From assembly GCF_006345805.1 (NCBI RefSeq), contig NW_021828323.1, forward strand, positions 1-8,852: DNA of 8,852 nucleotides. Direction: 5' to 3'. A program made the translations under genes and the position numbers. The notes under the pieces were generated by a model. It made no database searches and was not told the DNA's origin. It saw only the letters and a program-made list of their open reading frames with translations. Shown here piece after piece: positions 1 to 8,104 of the stretch. The DNA is from Octopus sinensis (lineage: Eukaryota). Position 1 is the first letter of the stretch, and each line of letters begins with the position of its first letter.

Positions 1-77
1 TTTAACCTTCAAAAGAAAAGCTCTACCTTGTAATTTGTTCTATCTGTGTGCAGCCCTGTGTGGCTAATAAAGAAACA

Positions 78-101
<24 letters not shown>
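1..101 (+). mobile_element. Possible 3' terminus of a non-LTR retroposon running off the window start
   Basis: AATAAA at 66-71 followed after 6 nt by (TATC)6 at 78-101, the layout of a LINE/SINE end with a short tandem-repeat tail. No coding homology is visible, so the family is unassigned. Confidence 0.3.
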
Positions 102-648
<547 letters not shown>

Positions 649-920
649 AATAACATCGTAGTTAAGAAGAAGCAGAGATAAGAGACGTAGACAAAATATA
701 GCTTTGTAATTTTCTGGCAGTATCTAGAAATCAATGAACGAAACAAAATATAAAGAAGGAATTTTAAAGAAGCATAGAATTGATGTTTAAAACGGAGATG
801 AATACAAACGATACACCAATAGGCATCAATACTTTAGATGTTTCGGTAACAAGGTAATAAAGTATTAGTAATAAGCGCAATACTAATTTAATTAGTTAGA
901 ACGCTTATTCGTGTATCCTA

Positions 921-1137
921 TTACTTGTTTCAGTCATTTGACTGCGGCCTTGCTGGAGCACGCTTTGTAGAGTTTTAGTCGAACGAATCGATCTCAAAGC
1001 TTATTTCTTACGCGTAGTACTTATTCTATCGATCTCTTTTGCCGAACCGCTGAGTTACAGGGACGTAAACAGACCAAAATTAGTCGCTACAGGTGATGGG
1101 TAGGTGGTCGGGTGGAAGCACAAGCATAAAGTCACAC

Positions 1138-1179
<42 letters not shown>

Positions 1180-1386
1180 ACAAACACACACACACACACA
1201 CACACGCACATGGACACAAACATACGACGGGCTTCTTTCAATTTCCGTCTACGAAATCCACTTACAAGGATTTGACCCGAGGCTATAGTAGAAGTCATTT
1301 GCTCGAGGTGCCGTGCAGTGGTACTGAACTTGGAACCAAGTGGTTGGAAAGTAGGCTTCTTACCACACAGCCACCACGCCTGCGCC
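921..1386 (-). mobile_element. tRNA-derived SINE, family A copy A1, full length, with internal (CA)n
   Basis: The reverse complement starts ggcgcaggcgtggtggctgtgtggtaag (A-box-like TGGCTGTGTGG, plus-strand 1363-1373) and aligns over its length with copy A2 (2574-2990), including ctactatagcctcggg, gacggaaa.tgaaagaagcccgtcgta, gtttacgtccc and gcagtcaaatgactgaaacaagtaa. The central slot holds a CA repeat at 1133-1210. Confidence 0.93.
1133..1210. repeat. (CA)n microsatellite inside SINE A1
   Basis: Near-perfect CA run with a few CG/AA interruptions. Confidence 0.97.
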
Positions 1387-1663
1387 TATAAAAATACAAA
1401 GAACCAGGAAGGAAAAGAGATAAGAAAGGAAAAGAAAATGATAAAATGGTTGAGGTGCGGATACAGGAAGATGGTGTCGTGGGCGACGGGCCACATACAT
1501 TCAGAACAAACGACGTGCTAAACAGTGCCCCGCGGCGACCACTGCGATGGCATCGCCGCGAAGAAGGGCCTGTGACACTCACTGCAGTAACCATTCCACT
1601 TCACAGGACTCATCCCTATTTTGCAGAGGAAATCAGTAGTACGGGGTCTTAGTTAGACTAGAC

Positions 1664-2209
1664 CTGGAGTTCTCAACACTTTTTTTATCCGTGGACCCCT
1701 TTGGGTACCATTTTATCCTGGTGGACCTTCTTCGCCATTCAATGTTTAAAACTAGTTTCATAGTATCTGAAGGATGCGTCTAAAAGGTCTAGAGACAAAC
1801 ACTTTCCTCTCTGGTGAATCTCTCATTAACTTCTTCAAGTATCCCTTGAAGAGAAAGGTGAGAGTAGAGAGGGAAGTTTTGTCTAGTGAATGTTTCAAAA
1901 AAAGATGGGTGAATGTAACAAGGATGGCACGTGTGAATGACGGAACCACCTTGAGCATAGTCCTATGATCCAGAAAGTCTATTTCCCTTTTCACACATTA
2001 ACTTGTATAGGTTGATAACTTTGTAAAATGTTAGAGAAAAAAACCCTAACTGTATGCAATACATACCAATACATACATCTAAAGCAAATTTTCTCAGGGA
2101 CCCTTAAAATACTATTGAGGATCCCGATTTTACTATTTTGTTACGTCCCCCCGCCACAAATTCTATATAGACCTTCAGGGTCCTTGTGAACCCTGGTTGA
2201 AAACCACTG
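1664..2209. mobile_element. Non-autonomous hAT DNA transposon (MITE), Buster/Charlie-like, 546 bp
   Basis: Left TIR CTGGAGTTCTCAAC (1664-1677). Right TIR gttgaaaaccactg (2196-2209), reverse complement CAGTGGTTTTCAAC. 8-bp TSD gactagac (1656-1663) / gactagat (2210-2217), 7/8 identical with central TA. Subterminal repeats ttttatcc(tg)gtggacc at 1683-1697 and 1711-1727. No transposase ORF. CAG-start TIRs with an 8-bp nnnTAnnn TSD are established hAT Buster/Charlie features. Confidence 0.9.
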
Positions 2210-2341
2210 GACTAGATAGAAGGACAAGAAATTTAGAATACGTTAGGCGTAGGAATACTTTAGACACATGCATGGCGGGAAAAGAAGCTCGCTTTACCGC
2301 CACCTATATCTGGCTGATATTTCTAACTGGTTTTCCAGTAC

Positions 2342-2342
<1 letters not shown>

Positions 2343-2372
<30 letters not shown>

Positions 2373-2410
2373 TGTATGTATGTATGTATGTATGTATGTA
2401 TGTATGTATG
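2343..2410. repeat. (TATG)17 microsatellite
   Basis: Perfect tetranucleotide run, followed by GT-rich degenerate repeat to about 2460. Confidence 0.97.
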
Positions 2411-2573
2411 TGTGTGTGTGTATGTATGCGAGTGTTTGTGTGCGTATGTATGTGCGTGTTTCTCACACCCCTTGACATACGGTGTTTGTTGGTTTACGTC
2501 TCTGTAACTTAGCAGTTTTGCAAAAAGGATCGATAGAATAATTACCAGATCTTAAAAAGAAGTATATATTATA

Positions 2574-2735
2574 GGCGCAGGAGTGGCTGTGTGGTAAGTA
2601 GCTTGTTTACCAACCACACAGTTCCGGGTTCAGTCCCACTGCGTGGCACCTTGGGTAAGTGTCTTCTACTATAGCCTCGGGCCGACCAAAGCCTTGTGAG
2701 TGGATTTGGTAGACGGAAACTGAAAGAAGCCCGTC

Positions 2736-2780
<45 letters not shown>

Positions 2781-3002
2781 TGCGTGTGTTTGTGTGTCTG
2801 TGTTTGTCTCCCCAACATCGCTTGACGACCGATGCTGGTGTGTTTACGTCCCCGTTACTTAGCGGTTCGGCAAAAGTGACCGATAGGATAAGTACTAGGC
2901 TTACAAAGAATAAGTCCTGGGGTCGATTTGCTCGACTAAAAGGCGGTGCTCCAGCATGGCCGCAGTCAAATGACTGAAACAAGTAAAAAGAGAGAGAAAG
3001 AG
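2574..3002 (+). mobile_element. tRNA-derived SINE, family A copy A2, full length and apparently young
   Basis: Starts ggcgcaggag. A-box-like TGGCTGTGTGG at 2584-2594 and B-box-like GGTTCAGTCCC at 2627-2637. CORE-like ccttgggtaagtgtctt follows. (TA)20 at 2737-2776. Ends gactgaaacaagtaaaaag plus an AG-rich tail. Candidate TSD attata at 2568-2573 / 3003-3008. Confidence 0.95.
2737..2776. repeat. (TA)20 microsatellite inside SINE A2
   Basis: Perfect TA run. Confidence 0.97.
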
Positions 3003-3912
3003 ATTATATACTGGGCCAATTAGTTCGACTAGAAACCTTCAAGTCGGTGCTCCAGCATGACGGTAGTTCAATGACGCAATCAAAGTAAAAAAAAAATAAT
3101 GGTTAGGAACATTGAAAGAATAGCAGAGTCTGTCTAAAGATGGAAACTACGAACGTGCCATTTTGAATGTGCAAATAAATCAAAATATTCAGACAACTGT
3201 GCCTCCACAGACCAACGAAATAACATCCCAATGATAGCAATCAACGATATAAGTTTTAATTATCAATTATAAATTGCGCTGATGGTTGTAAATAACGTAT
3301 TAAAAGTTGTCCCAGCTGATTTCTATCTGTAAGCGTGGAGAAGTTTGTGATATTTCTACATTGTTTGAAAAATGTTAAGAACTAGCAACTTTGAAGACGG
3401 TGTGGAGGTCATTAGAATACTCAGTTTCAAATAACAAAATTCTAAATTACATCGGCTTAGAAAAATGTGCCAAGTGCCAAGACAATCTTGAAGAGAAGAA
3501 AATTAATAAAAATTGCTAATATAATGTTAGTTAAAGAAGAAAGATAAGACAATTAAAGGTAATACAGAGTTACATATATACTTAAGAATATATGAAGTAG
3601 ACAGAAAAGATAAGAGACGGGGGAATATTATAGACGCATTAGAATAATGCTTGAAATAGATCTAAATAGAAAAGATAACGTAATAGACGTTGGTGATGGA
3701 ATTGTTGCAGCGATTGTGGTTGTGGTAGCAATTAGCAAGACGAGACAGGGAAACAAGGAAAAATAATAACTGTATTTAAAATACATTTTCCTAAAATCTG
3801 ATATGGAAAGATTAAATCAACCACGACTGTAAAGAGGTAGGGGCATTATGCAATCAGAAAATTACGAAATATCCACGGTAGGACTTCAAGAATATCCAGT
3901 TGAGAATAATTG

Positions 3913-4085
3913 TTTCAGAGTTTGGAACAAAGTCAGTAATTTTAATGCTAGTGGTGGTGGTGGTGGTCTGTGGATTACATCGACTCAAATGCTCAACTGG
4001 TGCTTATTTTATTGGCCCTGAACAGATGAAAGGCAAAGTCGACTTGGGCGAAATTTGAACTCAGAACGTAAAGAGCCGTAACAAA
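3913..4085 (-). mobile_element. tRNA-derived SINE, family B copy B1, lacking the A-box head
   Basis: The reverse complement acgttctgagttcaaatttcgcccaagtcgactttgcctttcatc...ataagcaccagttgagcatttgagtcgatgtaatc aligns with B2 at 6258-6390. B-box-like sequence at plus-strand 4051-4061. Similarity stops near 4085. Confidence 0.85.
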
Positions 4086-4421
4086 GTTACAGTATGTCAT
4101 GATAAAACGTAAGAAAATCACATCATCATCATTTCATCATTGTTCGACCGTGGTCGAGACAATGGAATTTACTATGTTACGCCAGACTTCACGGTCCATC
4201 ATGGCATTACGGAGGTCCTGTTGCTGGATGCCTGTATCCCTGGAGATTACATCAGGGTAGGAGAGTGTGCGCCCTCTGGTATTGCGAGTAGATGGCTTCC
4301 AGAGGAGAAGAATAGAAATTACTTCTTTTTCAGCTCTACAACAATGTCCAGCAAACTGGACTCTCCTACCTTTCACAAGAGATGACACAGGTGGAAAATC
4401 ACAGCATGTCATGATAAAACG
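4079..4421. repeat. 31-bp degenerate tandem duplication interrupted by the RTE insertion
   Basis: Unit 1 is taacaaagttacagtatgtcatgataaaacg (4079-4109). Removing the RTE and one TSD copy reconstitutes unit 2, taagaaaatcacagcatgtcatgataaaacg, 27/31 identical. Confidence 0.8.
4123..4393 (-). mobile_element. 5'-truncated RTE-clade LINE (ORF2 C-terminus plus (GAT)n tail)
   Basis: The minus-strand ORF reads PPVSSLVKGRRVQFAGHCCRAEKEVISILLLWKP...GRTLSYPDVISRDTG...AMMDREVWRNIV, matching the RTE ORF2 C-terminal pattern RRLRFAGH...W.P...GRP...DR..WR. Stop at 4137-4139 within a CAT-repeat tail (4121-4140). 10-bp TSD gaaaatcaca at 4113-4122 / 4394-4403. Confidence 0.9.
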
Positions 4422-4696
4422 AGCTCAACAGGAGTTGAAATGCAGAAATATTTTAATATAGGTGCAAGTATGGTTGTTTAACTGAGAAACTAGTTCACCG
4501 AGAAAGGTCTCAGGGAATGACATAGAGGCCGTAATTGCTTCTAATTACCGCCGCCAAGGAAGGAGGTTATATTTTCATCGGCGTTGGTTTATCCGTCTGT
4601 CCATGTGCAAAATATTGTGAACGTTATTTCATGAAACTTGTAGGAAGAGTTGGTAATGATACAAGGAACAGATGTTGAAATTTTGGTAGTGATCCA

Positions 4697-4740
4697 GGAA
4701 TTTTTATGGATTCTTAAAGGAATTTTTATAGATTCTTAAA
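4697..4740. repeat. 22-bp tandem duplication inside the HINE-like element
   Basis: ggaatttttatggattcttaaa (4697-4718) and ggaatttttatagattcttaaa (4719-4740), one mismatch, then a partial third unit. Confidence 0.9.
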
Positions 4741-4937
4741 GGATTTTTCATTTGTTATATTTACTTTACATGAAGTATTACAATGTTACGTTCTTTGATT
4801 ATCTCCCTTGAAAACACGTTCATCGTTTCCATGTAACCTATGGTGGCGTTGCTGTTTCCAAAGTTTATTTTCGTTTCTCTGATACTAATTTTATTTGTGT
4901 ATCTATCTTAAAAGGAGCTGCTTGGCGGAGGTCTGCG

Positions 4938-5403
4938 GAGGATGAAATGACAAGCCTTGACTATTGGAATCGATTCTAAAAGCTCAGGCATTGCTCCCTC
5001 CACCGCCACTGTGAGCTCTGTATGATGTGGAAAATATTCCATCAACATTGCCCATCTTCAAAATTCGTCCGAGGCTTGGCTCCATCCGTCCACTACAGAA
5101 ATGTTCGTGTCGTATCACAACACTATAACAGAACTATTTCACCTCAATTGGCCCAGCTCTCTTCAACATCGTGCCAGACACACATAAAGAAGAAAAGTAA
5201 CTTCACGGCATTCAAACGATCCCTAGATGATTACCCCCAACAAATACCAGATAAACCGCCCACACCCTGATATGTCTCTGAAAACAATAACCCTCTGCTT
5301 GAATTGGCTATGGTTCCCCAGAGCTGACTGCGTATCTCTTCCAATAAAATTAGACATGGCCTGAGTCAACTTCAGCCGAAACTTATCTAAATAATCTAAT
5401 CTA
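4938..5403 (+). mobile_element. Decayed 3' end of a CR1-like LINE (ORF2 C-terminus, 3' UTR, tail)
   Basis: The frame from 4938 reads EDEMTSLDYWNRF*KLRHCSLHR..CMMWKIF. A shifted frame gives IGPALFNIVP (from 5147). The first frame then gives FTAFKRSLDDYPQQIPDKPPTP*YVS. This matches the CR1-type pattern L.Y.ERL..L.L.SL..RR...WKI / GP.LFN.LP / FK..LD. AATAAA at 5343-5348, stem-loop ggcctgagtcaacttcagcc at 5358-5377, short atcta-type tail at 5383-5403. Confidence 0.82.
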
Positions 5404-5697
5404 TGCTGTAACCCTTTAATCAAAGCATGACAACGTGGGTAGAGGCTGATAGCTTAACATTTCTGATGGTCTTAGGTATAAAAACATTATTAAAGATTTA
5501 TATAGAACTACATTCAGATTATGTCTATAAGCTATTGTGTTTAGACCTGGTTTCTATCCACGAACTATTCCATTTTGTAAATGCAATTTTTTTTTTATAA
5601 AGACCTCCGAAATTAGAAAAATCAAAAATCTGCAACAATCTTGGTCCCATGAGTATCAGATAATGGATTTTTAACTGTGTAAAGAAACTGATTGTGA

Positions 5698-6120
5698 CTA
5701 TCGTAGTTTTGATGGTGATTGTGGTGAAAGCAGAGACAGTGTTGATGATGACGATGGTCGAGATAAGTATGGGAGGAGGATAAAATAGTATCGGCGGTTA
5801 AAATGGCGACAGGACCGGTGTGATGTGTGATGCTGAGGTGATAGTGGTAATAGTGGTGTTGATAATAGTGTTAGTAGTGTGATGATGGTATTGTAATGGT
5901 TATACTGTTTGTGGTTGTGAAAGTGACTGTCAAGGTAACCGTCATGATAACGTTGACGGCGGTGTATGTGGTTGAAGTGGAAGCAAGGACATTGCTGCTG
6001 ATGATGTTGGTGGTTGTGTTGGTGGTGATAGTAGTAGGATAGTTGTGGTGGTGATTGTGATATGGTGGTGGTGGTGGTGGTGGTGGTCGTCGTCGTCATC
6101 GTCGTACTGCTGCTCCTGCT
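5698..6120. repeat. Degenerate trinucleotide low-complexity tract (GGT/GAT/GTA/GTC/GCT)
   Basis: Cryptic TGG/TGA repeats, perfect (TGG)8 at 6063-6086, then GTC and CTG runs. Confidence 0.9.
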
Positions 6121-6190
6121 GGTTTGGTGGAGGTCTGCGCTCTCCGAGTGCTTTTCTAGTTTTAATTGCTTTTAATTTAGGAATAAGCTC

Positions 6191-6436
6191 AAGGCAGCGA
6201 GCTAGCAAAACCGTTAGCACGCCGGGCAAAATCCTTAGCGACATTTTGTCCGTCTTCACGTTCTGAGTTCGAATTCTTCCGTGTTCAACTTCCCTTTTTA
6301 ATCATTTGGGATCGATGATATAAGTACCAGTTGATCACCGGGGTCGATAAAATAAGTAAAAGTTGATCACCGGAGTCAATATAATCGACTTAGTCCCTCC
6401 TCTTAAATGGTAGGTCTTGTTCTCAAATTTTGAAAT
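6191..6436 (+). mobile_element. tRNA-derived SINE, family B copy B2, full length with internal 32-bp duplication
   Basis: Head aaggcagcgagctagcaaaaccgttagcacgccgggc with degenerate A-box (6203-6217) and B-box-like AGTTCGAATTC (6266-6276). The body aligns with B1 and ends ttgttctcaaattttgaaat. Confidence 0.88.
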
Positions 6437-6592
6437 CAATTTAGAATTAAGGCCAAAGGTTTCGAGGAGAAGGATTAAGCGATATCATCACACTAGTATG
6501 TTAACTCATCAATGCAGAAGATATGAAACGTAAAGTTGAAACCAGTTGTATTTCAAATCGTATTGTAAAAATCGGAAGAAGAAATCTAGCAA

Positions 6593-6645
6593 AGCATTTA
6601 AACTTTTTCTTCCAACGTGCTAACGATTCTGCCAACATGCCGCCT
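6593..6645 (-). mobile_element. Family B SINE head fragment (B3)
   Basis: The reverse complement aggcggcatgttggcagaatcgttagcacgttgg...aaatgctt matches the B2 head aggcagcgagctagcaaaaccgttagcacgccggg..aaatcctt. Confidence 0.7.
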
Positions 6646-6689
6646 GCCAGACGACTGTCGCAATAAATTAAAACGAAAATATTCACCAC

Positions 6690-6912
6690 CACAGCAGTTA
6701 TGTCGATAAACATTGCCATAATGACACCACCACCACCACCACCACCACCACCACCACCACCACCACCACCAAACAACAACAACGGCGGCGACTATTTCTG
6801 CCGTCTCTGCCGCCGCCACTACAACTACCGTATACAACCACGACGACGACGATGGTGTCTAACGCATTCCGCCACTAACAGCTACAGTGACAATAGCAAC
6901 AACATTGACAAC
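6690..6912. repeat. (ACC)15 plus AAC/GCC/GAC low-complexity tract
   Basis: Perfect ACC run at 6726-6770, (AAC)4 at 6772-6783, degenerate triplets on both sides. Confidence 0.92.
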
Positions 6913-6957
6913 AAAGCGACATCTGAAGCATATTAATAATAATAATCTTCTGGGATA

Positions 6958-7147
6958 TATGTGTGGGTTTGTAGATGTTTGTTTGTGTGTGTGTATGTGT
7001 GTGTCTGTCTGTACGGTCCCACTCCTGTTCTCCTCCTACCCCGACTACCTTTTGTTTGCTCTACTCTCTCTTTCTTTTTACCTCCCACTCTCACTCTCTT
7101 CCATGTTACATGCATGCACACACAAATACACATAAATACCTCCGTAG

Positions 7148-7178
<31 letters not shown>

Positions 7179-7492
7179 TTGTGTGTGTGTATGTGTGTAT
7201 ATATATTATATATAGTTATATAAGTGTGTGTGTATATATACATTTATAGTTACACATACAGACACACAAACACACACACACATAAACACATAACTACACA
7301 CACACACACACGTATACTGGTAAAGGAAGAAGAGAGAGAGAGAGAGACAGAGAGAGAGAGAAAAAGAAAGAGTAGAAAGAAGGGAGATAGAGAGAAGAGA
7401 AAGAGAAATAAGGTGATCATCTCTCTTTTCCTTTCTTGCTCTGTCTGTCTGTTTGTCCGTCTGCCTCTCTCTCTCTCTCTTTCTCTCTCATA
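6958..7492. repeat. Cluster of GT, CT, TA, CA and GA dinucleotide microsatellites
   Basis: GT-rich 6958-7010, CT-rich 7020-7100, TA about 7148-7170, GT 7170-7200, CA 7255-7311, GA 7330-7410, CT 7430-7490. Confidence 0.92.
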
Positions 7493-7781
7493 TATAATTA
7501 AACTGCTTTCTTTTCAGATCTTTCATATTTTGTGTCTCTTAGAATGTGTTTAAATTCTTTTTCATGTTTCATTTAACTTCTATTATGGTTAGTTTTGGGA
7601 CGAACAATTCGGTGAGAGTTTCCTTACTAAAGACAAAGAACTGAATTGTCTTGGAGAAATTTTTGCTTAAAAACAAAAAAAATAACAAAAACAAATGAAA
7701 ACAAAACAAAACAAAAAATTTCGATTCGGTTTTCATTCGCTTTCGTTCGTTCTGCTTATTATTTTTCCCTTTATTAGTCTC

Positions 7782-8000
7782 CACACACACACACTACACA
7801 CACACACACACACACACCCACACACACCGCACACACACACACACGCACGCACACACACACACACACACACGCACACACATACACAACACGCACACACCAC
7901 ACACACGCGGCACACACACACAACACGCGCGCGCACCACACCACACACCACACCACACACACACACACACACACACACACGACACACTAACACACAACAC
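7782..8000. repeat. Long imperfect (CA)n tract
   Basis: About 220 bp of CA repeats with CG/CC interruptions. It explains ORFs 7695..8048, 7733..7993, 7774..7980 and 7794..8069. Confidence 0.96.
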
Positions 8001-8104
8001 GTGTATTACATGATTGAAGCAATGCATTATAACAATGGAAGAAACTGAACACGTTATCAGACTCCTCATAAAAGAACAACAAAATGAAATTCACTGAACA
8101 GTAA

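Larger units (their letters stand above)
2343..3098 (+). mobile_element. Older headless family A SINE copy (A3), split into 2343-2563 and 3009-3098 by insertion of A2
   Basis: After (TATG)17, 2455-2563 (cttgacatacggtgtttgttggtttacgtctctgtaacttagcagttttgcaaaaaggatcgatagaata) matches the family A body. 3009-3098 (tactgggccaattagttcgactagaaaccttcaagtcggtgctccagcatga) continues at the point where the left piece stops. Confidence 0.8.
4547..6162 (+). mobile_element. Helentron-associated non-autonomous element (HINE/DINE-1-like), composite
   Basis: 5' subTIR accgccgccaag (4547-4558) is 11/12 inverted to cttggcggaggt (4921-4932). A second 3' subTIR ttggtggaggt (6124-6134) is followed by the hairpin gcgctc-tcc-gagtgc (6137-6151), then ttttCTAG (CTAG at 6156-6159) and a T run. 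The 5' end abuts TT. SubTIRs, a 3' hairpin and a T-rich target are the established HINE/DINE-1 layout. Family identity is not database-verified. Confidence 0.7.

Noticed and set aside
1080-1391. HT/CV-repeat ORFs, and the similar ORFs at 2569..2982 and 2780..2977
   Set aside because: They lie within family A SINEs and their microsatellites; the shared peptide RRASFxFRL simply reflects SINE homology.
1758-1994. ORFs inside the hAT MITE as possible transposase remnants
   Set aside because: No recognisable BED finger, DDE or dimerisation motifs; short and on both strands.
2574-2645. SINE heads as genuine tRNA genes (also 6191-6285 and 8692-8722)
   Set aside because: A/B boxes are present or partial, but I could not build a complete cloverleaf and the heads continue into repeat bodies.
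3376-3510. Short frame with CAKC (IGLEKCAKCQDNL) as a possible zinc-finger exon
   Set aside because: Too short, no second ligand pair, no clear splice signals.
4458-4500. taggtgcaagtatggttgtttaactgagaaac as a decayed family A SINE head
   Set aside because: Similarity is weak and short with no B-box or body; cannot be supported by eye.
5698-6266. Poly-T/H/Q/D/W ORFs
   Set aside because: Products of the trinucleotide low-complexity tract, running into TE ends.
6309-6390. 32-bp, 31-bp and 22-bp repeats as CRISPR-like arrays
   Set aside because: Only two adjacent units each, no unique spacers, no cas genes, eukaryotic context.
6700-6936. Poly-proline ORF resembling a formin or extensin segment
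   Set aside because: An (ACC)15 microsatellite that reads as homopolymers in all frames; no flanking domain or splice support.
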